Positions 1 to 11,984 of a stretch of 36,635 bases of DNA are shown piece after piece. The notes beneath the pieces are model-generated. The model ran no database searches, was not told the DNA's origin, and was given only the letters and a program-made list of their open reading frames with translations. Positions within the stretch are counted from its first letter, which is position 1, and the number at the start of each line of letters is the position of its first letter. The stretch is from the NCBI GenBank assembly GCA_900088475.1, contig FLMG01004750.1, forward strand, positions 1-36,635, written 5' to 3'. Origin of the DNA: Hyphochytrium catenoides (lineage: Eukaryota; Protista; Hyphochytriomycota). A program made the position numbers and the translations under genes.

Positions 1-359
1 AGAGAGAGAGAGAGAGCTCCCTCCCAACTCCACATCACTGAAACCCCCAAAAGACACACCTCACGCCTCATGCATATCTCGTATATGGGTAAACTTATCA
101 AGTATTCAAGCACTGAATTCCGAATATACGCTCATGTCCGTTGAGATTTAGGGTGCAATTAGTGACTAATCCTTGATTACTCTACGCAGTGCTGACTGAT
201 GACTACCGGTGTTATACTGCTGATATCTTCTTCTGATTTCGTTGTAGTTATCGAGATGGAAAGACTGGACTGAGAAGGATCATTCGTTTTCTCAGAGAAG
301 AAAGGACCAACGTCCCAGACAGAGAAGAGAGGGCAGGGAGGTGCGGGAGTCAATTTTTA

Positions 360-466
360 CATCAGACTCTCTACAACACTCTGACACATTCTTGGGCGGT
401 TTGTAAGGTTGTTAGCTACAGCCAACCGCTCAAGAATATGTCAAGACAAAGATGTTCTCTCTGATG
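360..466. ncRNA. Candidate structured RNA: long imperfect hairpin (pre-miRNA-like)
   Basis: TGACACATTCTTGGGCGGTT (382-401) pairs with AACCGCTCAAGAATATGTCA (424-443): 18 Watson-Crick pairs, 1 G-U, 1 mismatch. Inner stem GGTTGT/ACAGCC; outer stem CATCAGA (360-366)/TCTGATG (460-466). Expression not shown. Confidence 0.35.
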
Positions 467-649
467 CCATTTACAGATGTTGAAGCTTCGCCTCTGGTTG
501 TGATGCTTCCCTATATCTATTTGACTCTGTCTTGATACTTGATACCTCGCCATAGGATTGCAATATCAGCTCTTGCACCTCTTCCTGGCTCTGTCTCTCT
601 AGCAGGTCCAAAAGGCTCAGTTTGGACGTGTTTCACCTGCTGATCACAA

Positions 650-945
650 CTCTCTCTCTNNNNNNNNNNNNNNNNNNNNNNNNNNNNNNNNNNNNNNNNN
701 CTCTCTCTCTCTCTCTCCTTTCTTTTTTTCCTCTCGCTTTCTCTCTCTCTCTCTCTTATTTTCCTTTCTCGCTTTCTCTCTCTCTTTCTCTTAATTTTCC
801 TCTCTCTCACTCTCTCTCTCTCTTATTTTTCTTCTCTCTCACTCTCTCTCTCACTCTTTCTCTTTCTCTCTCTTTCTCTCTCTTTCTCTCTCTCCTCTCT
901 CTTTCTCTCTCTCTTACTCTCCCTTTCTCTTTTGCTCTCTCTGTC
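650..945. repeat. (CT)n-rich microsatellite/low-complexity tract with N gap
   Basis: Directly visible CT/TC dinucleotide runs; N gap at 660-700. Confidence 0.95.
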
Positions 946-1531
946 TCTCCAATTTTTTCGGTCGTCCTGTCTATCAACGCTGGCATCTCTCTCTCTCTCC
1001 TCCATGCACTCTGCTATTAGTGGAAGGTGAGGCGTCATCCTTGTGTTTTGATGGGCTAGATGGCGGGCATCTATCTCCTGCTCTGTTTCTCGCTGCGAAA
1101 GGCTACTCGTACAACTGTCTCTCCTCTGCCGCGTCATTGCCGCGCCCTTCTTGCTCGTCCAGCTTATAGGAAGACTTGTCGTGAGCTCTCTTGGTAGATT
1201 CCTTCCTCATCAGTATAAAGCTGCCTCTTTTGAAGATTCTTCTCCTCTTTCTTCTCGCAGTCTTCTACATCGATTACGACTCCTTGAGACTTGGCAGACC
1301 TTCCTCGCAGCCAGGAAGCAACAGACGGAGCCTTGAGAGACTACGGATGCAGATCGCGCGGCGCAGCAGCCAGGGCTTGCCTTCTTAAGAGACTTTGAGC
1401 CCCCATCCCGCTCGAAGAAGTTGCTCCGTAGAGCCCCAAACTCTGGAGGAGGGCCTCTCTTCAGCTTTTCATTACTAGGTTGTAGGGACGTCTGTCTGGC
1501 TGCGAAGAGCTTGAGGCTTCTAGGCAGTGCA

Positions 1532-4120
1532 ATGCAGCACGCTGCAGAGTACGAGCTGGATCCGGCGGAAGTCCCGATATACAGTGAGAAGCTCAAGAGA
1601 CTGACGCCCAAGAGCAACAGCGGCGCTGGGGGAGAGACAAACGGTCGCCGCCTCTCCGGCAAACGTTCCCCTTCTCCAACCCCTCCTCCACCTCCTCCGT
1701 CTCCTTACTCTCAATATGGAGACGAAGAGCTTGACAACCAGTCGCTGCTTCCAAAGGAGAATGGGCAGTCTCTCTCTCACCTCCTCTCTCCGTCTTCTTC
1801 CTGTCCTTCCCCTTCTCCGACCGCAGTACTGTCTTCATCCTTCTACGCCTCTCAGCCTTCTCCCTCACGTGAGCACCAAGCACAAAGAAGCTCATCCTCT
1901 GTCCTTCTTCGACCAAGAGTGCCCCGTCAAGTAAGCAGAGTAGAGAGCCCAGAGGTAGGGCAGTTGAGAGAGAGAATAGAAAGACCAGCTGAGAGAGAAG
2001 AAACGACACAAGCGGTAGGAGACACAGTGAGAGGTGCAGCTGGAGGAAGAGAGAGAGGGTATAATCCTTCTTCCTGCTACCATTGGCAGTTAGGTTGTCG
2101 ATGGACAGGAGAAAAGAATCTTCTGGGTCAGCACTTGGAGCACTGTCTCTATCAAGACCTTGCCCCTGTTCTCTATGGGCTGATGGAACAGCTGGAGATC
2201 CAGAGGATGAAGATAGAGAAGCAGGAGGAGAAGCTGCTGGAGTATGAGGGGAGGATCAAAGAACTCGAGAGCAACCAGGTAGGATGATGTTCCTGGGCGC
2301 TCTCTCTCTCTGCCTGGGTTCTTCTACCTGTTCTTTCATAGACTCTTTCTGTTTTCTATTTCTCGTTCTCTCTTATTCCCCTCCTAATTCCTATTCTTTC
2401 TCCTCTCTGTCTTAAGGCTTCTGTCTGTCTCTCTCTCTGTGCCTACACCTGTAACGACATGTTGATCCTTAGAAGTCTGATCCGTTGTTCTCAGCTATAT
2501 ACAAGATCCTGCCTCTTTGCTTTGACTATCATTGCCTCAGTAGGACTCCTAGGTCTCGTCTTTCTCCTCCAATCCAGCGTCCTCACTACGCTGCGGTCTT
2601 CCCTACTTCTAGGAGAACTTTCCTTACGCTGACCTCTTTTCCTCTTCCACCTTGTTTTGCTTTTGATTGCAAACCTCTCTCATTGGCTGCTATCCTCTCT
2701 CGCTTTCTCGGTCTCTGTGCCCGAAGACTGTCTTTGACGATGCGATATTTGAGCTTGCAACCCAGTGCCGAGAGTTAGCGGAAGGACCAGAAGCAGACGA
2801 GGAGGAAGGTTGCGAAAGTAGAAAAGATAAAGATGAAGACAGACGCAGAGAAGAACTGGCGGAGCTGGCGACGGAGGAAGCGCTCTTTCTCAATAGGAAG
2901 CTTATCGAGCTACAGCGTACGGCGGAGGCATTTGAGGCTCGCTGTATGTCTTGCGAGGGAGATGGGAGACGGAGTGCTGATGAGGGACTGACGGGAAAGG
3001 AGATCATAGGTAAGAGATGTTTCTAGCTCCCATTCATCGCCCGGTCCTTTTCTTCCTTGCCCCTCTGTTAGCTAGACCCTCAGTCCTCCAGCCTTCTCTC
3101 TTGATAGCTCGGAAACGCGTCTGAATGCTATGTGCTGTCATCTACAGCGGTCTCCCTAGGTCTCCATCTACTCTTCTATTATATTTCTCATACCCTATGA
3201 CATACGCTCTTTTCTCTGTCTTAGCAGTCGCTATAGCCCATATGTTCCGCCACAATTCTGCTCCCTACACCCAAAACACATGTCTCATGCAGCTCCTCTG
3301 CCCTCGTGGCCTTTGCCCCGCCCTATTCCAGGCCTCTCGGTCCCAGTACACCTTCCCGCTGTCTTTGTCTTGACCATTCATAAGCATATGTTCTTCACCA
3401 GTGGCCTCCACAACTGGGACTTTATAGTAGAGGAAGGAAGACCAGAGAGGAAGGAGAGAGACATCGTCGTCGGATGCAGGAGTCCCAGTGTTGCTCTTAG
3501 GCCCAGTTATATCTCGCGATTCGCTGGTTGGGAAGATAACGGCATTGGATACTGGGAAGGAGGAGGTAAGACGCAAGTTGTCTAACGATGATGGCCAGTT
3601 CCATCTTCTTCGTTCCTCCTGCATTCGTTCACCTTGCCTGTCACCACTGCTCTTGAGCATAGAGGCCCGGAGTCTGTCTTCATCTTCCTTTCAGCAGCTC
3701 ATTTGCGTCAGTCAGTCTGTTAATGTTTGGCTGCGAGTGCAGTATCCTCATGCCGCATAATCTTATAATCCCCGAAAGGCACAGAGCTTTCTTTCTTCGC
3801 ATCTAACTCATCGGGTCTGTTCCCTTTTCCCTTATCCCGCCTTGCTCTCTCTCTCCCTCTCTTTCGTTGGGTCATTAGGCATTGTTCGCAACGGTCTCCT
3901 TATTGCACGAGCCCCTCCCTACGGTCCCGGCGACGTCATATCAGTTGCGCTTGACATGAATGACAAAGTCCTTGCGTTCTCTCTCAATGGAGAACCTGTT
4001 GGGCCACAGCCGTTGAAACATATCCCGTCAAAGCTCTTCGCGGCGAACTCAGCCTTGGAGGGTGATATCAGAGTGTCTGTCTCCAAGACGAGGACGCTCA
4101 GGAAGGGATGGGAGGAGTGA
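1532..4120 (+). CDS. TRAF/SIAH-type zinc finger + coiled coil + SPRY (B30.2-like) domain protein, about 4 exons
   Basis: Exon 1 (ATG 1532 to 2278) encodes CYHWQLGCRWTGEKNLLGQHLEHCLY (C-x6-C-x11-H-x3-C) followed by a coiled coil. Exon 2727-3009 is an acidic coiled coil. Later exons encode SGLHNWDFIV..DIVVGC..FAGWEDNGIGYW and YGPGDVISVALDMNDKVLAFSLNGEPVG, typical SPRY motifs. TGA stop at 4118-4120. The start codon and the exon 3 acceptor are uncertain. Confidence 0.8.
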
Positions 4121-4535
4121 TGGGAAGAGACGAGCAGGCGAAGAGCTCATCAAATGTACATAATTCCAGGGCAGGAGAGAGCCCATCCCACCGACTGCCC
4201 AATGTACAGACTCTAGACACAGTATTTAACTCTTTGAATTTATATTATAGTTTGTCATAAGGATGTGCGTGTGATGAGGTTGTTGAGCGACAGAGGGACC
4301 AGACGCATCCCTCTCCTTCTTGGCCTTTGGTGCTTTGAACTGTTAGGTCTGAGCTCTACGTACGTTTCTCTCTTCTTCTCTCTTTCGTTTTTCTCTATCA
4401 TTAGAAACCAGGACCTTACTATGGAATCACCTTTGTCTCTGTTCCTAGGTTATCTTTCTTTCCACTATAAACTCCTTCACTCTTTCTTTCTCTTAACTTC
4501 TGTCCACCCTTGTTCTTGAGCTTGAGCCTGCCGCA

Positions 4536-6731
4536 CTAATAGTTAAAGGCTGCCCTAATGGCCGCCTCCGAGCTTCTCTGAGCTGCAAACAGCATCGCCT
4601 TCGTCGTTGCAACGACTGGAGCCGTCATGATCTGTACCACCGTCACATAAGGCTCCACTACTTCCTTCACAAACTTCCCAGCTCTTGTACTCAGTGTATA
4701 GTCTATCGGCCTCATGGCCGTGTGGTACACCATATCCAGGCAGGTCTGTCTCTCTACTACGAAGAGCTTGAAGCGGTGGATTCTTATCTTTCCTTCCCAC
4801 TCTTTCTCTCGTCCTCTCTCTCCATGGCCCCCTCGATATCGGCAAAGCAGATAGTTTCCGCTGATAGCTGCAACGACGAGAGATAGTGTGTCTGGAGGAG
4901 GAAGGACAGTGTAGGGGAAGAGGCCGTATCCTTCAAAGTTGACGACGTCATTCATCCGTGGCTCGATGCCGTTGGGCTCGTACTGCAGCATAATGCGGAC
5001 GAAACCGACTCCTCCTTCCGTTGTAGCGGCTGAGGGCTTCTTAATAACATCATCGCTGCCGCCTTAAGGAGGAAAAGAGGAAGATGATGTAAAGCAAAGA
5101 GGTAGTTAGTCGCTTGGTGCAAGAGAGAATAGGGGCCACCAGAGAGAAAGGCTAGGGACCTGAGCGAGACATAGAGTGAGTAGAGCAAAGGTAGGGAGTT
5201 ACAGAGAGAGTTAGAAAACTAGACAGGACACGGAAGATGCCGAGTCAGGTGACACTCTTGGGATACCCCGATAACAAAGTAGGGACGGGAAAGCAAGAGA
5301 GAGACAGCAACAAAGGGACACAGAGAAAGAGAGAGAGAGAGAGAAAGAGAGACTTCGCCTCAAGGCTTTATGGCGGACTGAATGCTGGAGCAAACAAGAG
5401 GCTGAGGAAGGGGAGTTCCAGAAAGTTTACGCCTTAAGTTGCGACGAGGTGATTATGCTGTGTGTGTAGGCGTGAGAAAGGGACAGAGCGTGTATATAGG
5501 TGTGTGCGCGAGAGAGAAAAAGAGAGAGAGAGTAAGAGAGAGAGAAAAAGACAGAGAGAGAGAGAGAGAGAGAAAAAAAGAGAAGGAGGGAAAGAGGAAA
5601 GAACAGCGATACCACCGCAGGACCGCACAGTGCTTACCGTTATCTTTCATGCTCTTTTTTGAGGGAGATAGAGTTTTCCCTGACCCTCTTCTGAAAAGTG
5701 AGAGCTCGGTGCACTCTTTAGCAGTAATCAGCTTGAGAGGCTTCACACGAGAGAGAGGTACCCACTCGTCAAAAACCTGAGACATCGTGTTAGTCCTTTA
5801 GCCTTAGATAGAGCCGATAGCACCGCAGAAAAGGCAGGCAGAAGCTGGCTGGCGTCCTAGATGGGGTTCACGAAGATTCCCTAGAGATGCCAGGACCGCA
5901 GGCGAGGTAGAGAAGGGAACTAGAAGGAATGCAGCGAAGACTAACAAGGCAGGGACTTGGAGAGAAGAAAGGGAACACGGACAAAGCAGAATGTGGGCCA
6001 AAAGAGGACCTCGGTGTCTCCGCAGACTATATCTGTGATGTCTATGGCTGCTTCTCCCAAGAGCTCATCTCCTCCAAGGCCAACATATCCTGTCACTTTT
6101 TTGGTGACACTGGTCGAGCTCCACACTTGAAGACGTAGGACAGACTTCACGCCCGAGGAGGGATGCTTTGGATCTACAGGGATCTAAACCATATTCACAG
6201 CGACAACGGATGACAAAGGACACACAGAAAGAAGAAGCATGAGCAGAGAAGGCGGGACGAGCAGGCGTCAAAGGAAGAGTTAGCCGTATCCTATCCCTTC
6301 CAGGAAAACGGCCTTCACACTCTAAGCAAAGGGAAAGAGTACATCTCCCTGATTTTCTCCCTACGTCTTTCTCATCCCTTCTCGCCCATAAAGGCTATTT
6401 AGCGCACCTTATCCAGCAGCAGATCTGTCTTAGGGATCGGAAGTTCCACCTGTTCCCGTCTCCACGTAGGATTCCTATTATTCCTTACAACGCTGCTCCT
6501 GGCTTGCCTCCCATTGACCTCGAACAGGACGTAAGGGTTCACGGCGCTAGTAGTGCCAAAGAATCCTAGCTTCCCATCCAGATCTTTGCCTCCAAATAGA
6601 CGAATAAGAAGGTGCCCAGCCATGCCTCTCTGATGGTCAAAGTAGCGGTAACCCTGGCGGCGATAGGAGAGATCTTCACGCCATGTAGAGAGGCCGCTGC
6701 CGTGAGCTGTACTGACACCGCTTGATGCCAT
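4536..6731 (-). CDS. C2 domain-containing protein, 4 exons
   Basis: Exons 6731-6408, 6183-6010, 5776-5638 and 5062-4536 splice in phase (0, 0, 1). C2 motifs: GHLLIRLFGGKDL, NPYVLFEVNGRQARSSVVRNNRNPTW, LRLQVW, DELLGEAAIDITDI, FDEWVPLS, GFVRIMLQYEP. An uncharacterised C-terminal domain follows. Confidence 0.85.
5295..5605. repeat. (GA)n microsatellite tracts inside intron 3 of the C2 gene
   Basis: GA runs at about 5295-5352 and 5510-5605. Confidence 0.9.
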
Positions 6732-7069
6732 TGTTTGGACGCAGCTCTAGCTCCAGACTATGCAGACTCAGCAGGGGAAGTCAATTAAGACGACTCTCCG
6801 TCGCTGACGAAGTGTATATGGTCTTTCTGCTCTCCCTGCCGTGAAAGAAGCTCCTGCCGCGGCTGGGAGCAAGGCAGGGACAACGCTGACAGCCTCTGTC
6901 CCCACTCTAGGAACGCTAGGAATCCGCTGAATAGCCTTTTAGATCACTCTCACCTTCTCGTTCCCCTGCTAAGCTAGCTTGGGAATAGAGTCTTTGGACT
7001 CAAAGATCGAAGCTCAAGCTCAAGAATGGCAAGAACAGCGCGGAGCTAGACAAGCTCTATTTGGGAAAG

Positions 7070-7275
7070 CGAGTGAGTGAGTGAGATAGAGTGAGACCAA
7101 GAGGCAAAGCATGGGGGGAAGGAAGAAATAGAGAGAGAGAGAGTGTGAGAGAGAAAGAGAGAGTGAGTGAGTGAGAGAGAGACAGAGAGAGAGAGAGANN
7201 NNNNNNNNNNNNNNNNNNNNNNNNNNNNNNNNNNNNNNNNNNNNNNNNNNNNNNNGAGAAAGAGAGAGAGAGAGG
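7070..7275. repeat. (GA)n/(GAGT)n microsatellite with N gap, upstream of the C2 gene
   Basis: Directly visible; N gap at 7199-7254. Confidence 0.9.
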
Positions 7276-7824
7276 AATTGCCGACTTCACAAAAAGGAAG
7301 AGAAAGGCGGCGGCGCCCAAGAAGATTCTTCCCTTCCTGTCTCCTTTCTTTTCGTCTGACTAGCCGTTTGCGGCCTGACGTGAAATGAAGACGTGATTCG
7401 CACCTTGGATTCTACATAACACACTCTAAATTTGTAATATGGGGTTTATAGGCGAACCTTATTACAGAATGCAACGGGAGAGGAACACTGTACGCTACTT
7501 TTGTACTGTTTCTATTATTGGGAATTGGGCTAAATCCTTTCTGATATAAGTAAAACTCTTATTCCGAACATCTTTGTACATGCACACTCTATCAACGAAA
7601 GGTCATCATCTTATCTCACATCTCTCTCCTCTCTGTCTCCCTCACTCTGTCTCTTCTGTCGTCGCCAGTCCGTGTCTTCCTTCCCTTGGCAAGTCCGTCT
7701 CTGCTTCCCGACTCTCTCTCCTTCCGTTCTCTCTTTCTCTCTCCTCGCCCGGTTCTCGGCCAGTTTGCTCTATGTAGCCTTTTTCCTCTCTTCTCTCCTC
7801 TCATGCTAGTGTCTGTTGCCATGA

Positions 7825-10800
7825 TCATCGTTCCCGATGACTGGTAGACCCAGTCTTGGCTTGCCGGACGAAGTTTTGCAGAGCTTTAAGCCGCTTGTCA
7901 ATGTCCGACATCTCTAAGCTGCCGCCTGCACTACTGCTCTGGAGAAGAGACGTAAGGGTGCTCAGCGACCCAGCGGAAGGCTGTGCTGACTTCTGGGACG
8001 TATCTGGGTTTGCCTCTTGGTGTGAGGTACTACGGAGGCAATGAATCAATGGGCGGTGAAGGGCTAACGTGTAGGCAAACTCCTCAACTCGTAGCTTGAG
8101 ACTTGAGCAGGCAACGTAAACAGACTGGACAAAAAGCGGACAAGCACCTAAGACTGGAAGAGGTTTCGAATGGGGAAGAGCTGGAAGCGGAGGGCAACTA
8201 GAGAAGATTGAGCTCACCTCTTCGCTGCTGTCGATGATACTCTGTCTGACTTTTGCTCTCTCATCTTTCGCTTTTCCTAATTTATTCCATATATTAATGC
8301 CTCCTCCTTGGTCATTTGGGACAACACATCGGACCCTCTACCTGCGAGACTGAGGAGGATACTTCGCTTCTTTCCTTCCTTGNNNNNNNNNNNNNNNNNN
8401 NNNNNNNNNNNNNNTCACTAGGTTAGAACCGAGCACTGCGCAAAGGCAAGCCAATCTAGAAAGTTCCCTTCAAGAGAGGAAGGAAGAAGATGGGCCGTGG
8501 TCACGTACTCTCTAACAGCGTCTTCCTTGTGCCCGCTTCGCGGTCTGGGCGACGATCTCCCTTTGATGGCGATCCTCTCACCCTGAGGGCTCATCTTGTT
8601 CCCCCTCTGAGCCTTAGCAGCTGTAGGTACTGGGGGCCGTGACAACGGAGAGCGAGAAACTCTTTCTCTTTCTCTGGTTGATGGGGGAGCCCTGCCATGA
8701 GGGACCGGCGATCTTGAAAACCTGTCTGCCGTCCGCGATCTCCTTTCTCTATCTATCGATCGTGATGGACTTTCGTCAAATCGACTTCGCCGGGGAGAGT
8801 CATGAGCGACTCCGCTCCTGAACGCTGGTGACAAAGAACGCTTCTCGGCAATCTTTCTTTCTCTTTCTCTCTAGCGTGACGAGCACAAGTTGTTAGAGGG
8901 TCATCCGGGATCAGAGAGGACGGAAGGACCAGAAAGACCACAAATAGATGAGCCGACATCAAAGGATAGAGCAGAAGAAATTAGCCAGAACAGTAACTCC
9001 CTTATGACTTTGCATGCTGTCAGAGACCAAAAGAGATGAAGTTTGCTTGCTTACCACGTAGGCAGTGGGATCAAAGCGTGAGCGAGCCCTGCTTGAACGT
9101 TCTGTCGAAGGCCTGCCGCTGCTAGGAGAGATACTGCCTACTTTCTCCCGTCTCCGCTCCCTCTCACTTGGACTCTGGTATCTAGAAGTAGTGGGCCTAG
9201 CCTTTGCCGGAGATCGACCCCTAGAGGCGCTTGCCACGGGCACTGGACGTTTTGGAGAAGCACCCTGAGGGCCACAGAAGGCACGATGGATGGTGAGGGA
9301 TCGAAAAGAGAGCGATGCATCTTTAAGGACATGGAAGGTTAAATTGAGACAGCTTTCGAAAACCTCGGCATTATAGACAAAAGGGGAAGAGTGGTCAGAA
9401 CAGGAGAGTCCAGTGGGCCGCACAGCTTCAGACTAAAGCGAAGTTACATTATAAGAGGTCCCCTGGTAAGAGTTTTGTGTCTTCTGGCTCCGCTGTGCCT
9501 CTGTAAGCTTCTTTTTTAGGAGTCGGATCGTCTCCTGCTGATTTTGCCGTTCCCCCTCGCTCATCACGAGCTGCTCCTGAACTTTCTTGAGCTCCTTGGC
9601 AAGGTCCCTTGCAAGAGATTCACACATTAATGGGTGTATTCTCTCTCTTCTCGCTATCTGGTATCTATGCGGCATGCAAATATGAAGAATCAAAGAAAAG
9701 GGATCATCGAGCAATCTACCGTGCTTGTTTCTTAAAGGCCCGAAGCTCTGAGGCCTTCTCTCTCTTCAGTTCCACACATGCTGTGGTCAGGCGCTCAATC
9801 TCTAAGTGCATGTCCTGACACACGGAGAAAGAAGGATGGAGAATGCGCGAACGAAGGGAGGTTAGGCTCCTTGATTTCGGTAGAACCTTACTTCAAGGGG
9901 AGGCTTCAGTTGGCAGGGCACAATATTGAGATAGGTAAAAGGGACAACTGAGGGCAGAAGTTTGAGGGTCTGTCACGGTTAGGTATTTCCATACTCTCTA
10001 AACTGAACTTCCGGCAGAGTAGACCCATCTCCTCTTTACGAATAGAGAATGAACTAAAATGTTGGAAAGACTATCCACCCAAGAGTCATCATCATCTAGG
10101 AGCTACCCACTGGTCTCTTTGCTCCCCTACCGTGTTCTCTTGCCTCATAAGCTCATAGTCTTCCGCTTCTAACTGGTCCGTTCCCAATCGGTTAGTCCGG
10201 GAGGCTTCCAGTGCTCGCTTAAGCTTCTGATTCTCTTCTCTCAAATCCAGAACCTCTTCCCTCAGTGCTTCATCCGTCTCGAAAGCAGTAGATTCCTGCA
10301 CCTGCTATTTGGGGGCGGCAAGAGAAAGCACAGAAAAACAAGAAGAGTCAAAAGTTAGGCTCTGAACGGTGTAAGAGTTTCCTTACGAAGAGCGTTAGGA
10401 GCAGTGGCAGCGTTAGGTGCAATTCGGTGCATTAAGAGTAGAGGAGAGTGATGACCTGTCTCAGCCGGAAAATGGTCCTCTGCAGTGATTCTACCGAGGG
10501 CACCGCTACAAGCTGCAACGTGAGCGGATAGTGCACACGGTCGAACTCCGCAGCATAAGTCAAAATCAGATATCGCCGCTGCTGATGAGACCTAGAGCAG
10601 CAAGCAGCAAAGTCATAAGAACCTGGAAGTAGTGGAAGGGATCACCTTTGACTGTCAGTATGACCCTCTAAACCCTTGGAAGTAGCAAGTGATCTGGTGA
10701 TCAAGCAAATAGGGCTACTAAGGTTTTCGAAGGGGTCGCATGAAAGACTAAGATCTAGAAGGAAGAAGGAACAACTAGGGACGACGGTAAAGAGAGCGAT

Positions 10801-11984
10801 GTAGAAGAGCAGTAATATGATAATGGCCTAATAGTCAGACAGAGACTGAAACCAGCTCCTTGATTCATTGGTTCACCTTCTGGAGCCTCCTTGGGATACG
10901 GTGCTGGTGTTCAATGCCAAGTTCTTCTTACCCTTGAAAGTCTCCTAAACCGTGGCAGAGACCAAGTGTGGCAGTATGAGAGATTGCCACACCGTTATTT
11001 GTAGACCTGAACCACCAACTCTATGCCTCTAAAGCACTCAGCTTCTTAGATCCAGCTATCTCTCAGCTTCCCAGCTCTTCCTACGACAAGTGCTAAATAG
11101 TCGCTTCTCTTCTGAACGCCTCCTCAAGGTATCCCTATCTTCCTCGCCTTCCCTCCATCTCGATGTTCACAATAGGCCCGCACTCTCTTCTTCCCCATAT
11201 CTTATCCGTCCTCTGATCTGTCCTGCTGCCTGCCACCTGTCTCTCACCAGATCATTGTAGGTCAGGAGGTCCACGAAGACAGTCTCACTTTGGTCGGACA
11301 GTGCACAGAAGAGCATCTTGCAAAAGACATCGAAGCGCTTAACATTACCGGCCTTACGGGTGAGCTCCTCTACATCTTAGGGAGAGAAAGGGGGAAATAA
11401 CGCAGGTCAGATGGACAAGGAGTTGGAGCAGGCTTACGTCAGCGGAGGTCAGATAAGATAGAGCAAGGTACAGATGGGGAGAGCCAAGCAGCAAGAGAAC
11501 TATTGCGTGAATCAGCGTTGAAGCTTCGGACAGAGAGCACGGCGGTGGCCATAGTCAACGGCTCCAGATGCAACATCGCCAAAAAGTTGCTAACAGTGCG
11601 AACTTGAAGGTAGGTCCAACGGGGGAGGATGGGACTCACATTGGCCATTAAAGGTCCCCGTCCATCGCGCATCTCCATGCTCTTCTTCAGCCTCAACTAT
11701 GAGGTTGGATTCCTCATCCACTGCGGCATACACCACATAGGATACACTGGGAAAGAGCGTGCATAAGGAGTGCGGCGTTTGAGACGAGAAGGATGTATTA
11801 ACGTTCCCACTTCTGTAGGGTTGCCTTCTGCTTGAAGCGATCAGCCGGTTCTCCTTGCCTCCGTTCATCCCCTCTCTTCCCTCTGTTAGGCTCTCTCTCT
11901 CTCTCTTTCGTTCCCTATTCACAACTACTTGCCTTACCCGTTGCTGATGAGTTGAGACTCCACTTGGTACCCTTCCTCAGCCAT
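7825..11984 (-). CDS. CCDC61: Coiled-coil domain-containing protein 61 (CCDC61/VFL3; centriole/basal-body protein, SAS6/XRCC4-like head)
   Basis: Spliced N-terminus MAEEGYQVESQLISNGVSYVVYAAVDEESNLIVEAEEEHGDARWTGTFNGQYVEELTRKAGNVKRFDVFCKMLFCALSDQSETVFVDLLTYNDL...RRYLILTYAAEFDRVHYPL matches the CCDC61 head. A coiled coil, the RFDPTAYVRERERK motif and the C-terminal MSDIDKRLKALQNF follow, all CCDC61 hallmarks. About 12-13 exons; one boundary lies in the N gap at 8383-8414. Confidence 0.93.

Noticed and set aside
197-273. TGATGA followed by several CTGA motifs (C/D snoRNA-like)
   Set aside because: No terminal stem and no rRNA-complementary guide that I can recognise; these short motifs occur by chance.
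517-1137. ORFs rich in RERE or LSLS (also at about 5200-5660, 7057-7388, 17775-18115 and 18233-18743)
   Set aside because: Translations of GA/CT microsatellites and N gaps, not genes.
1052-1531. The frame of the SPRY gene is open upstream to 1052 except for one TGA at 1334-1336, suggesting readthrough, selenocysteine or a variant code
   Set aside because: TGA is the true stop of CCDC61 and the SPRY gene, and TGG encodes Trp throughout. The upstream peptide has no ATG or recognisable motif, and I saw no SECIS. It is most likely UTR.
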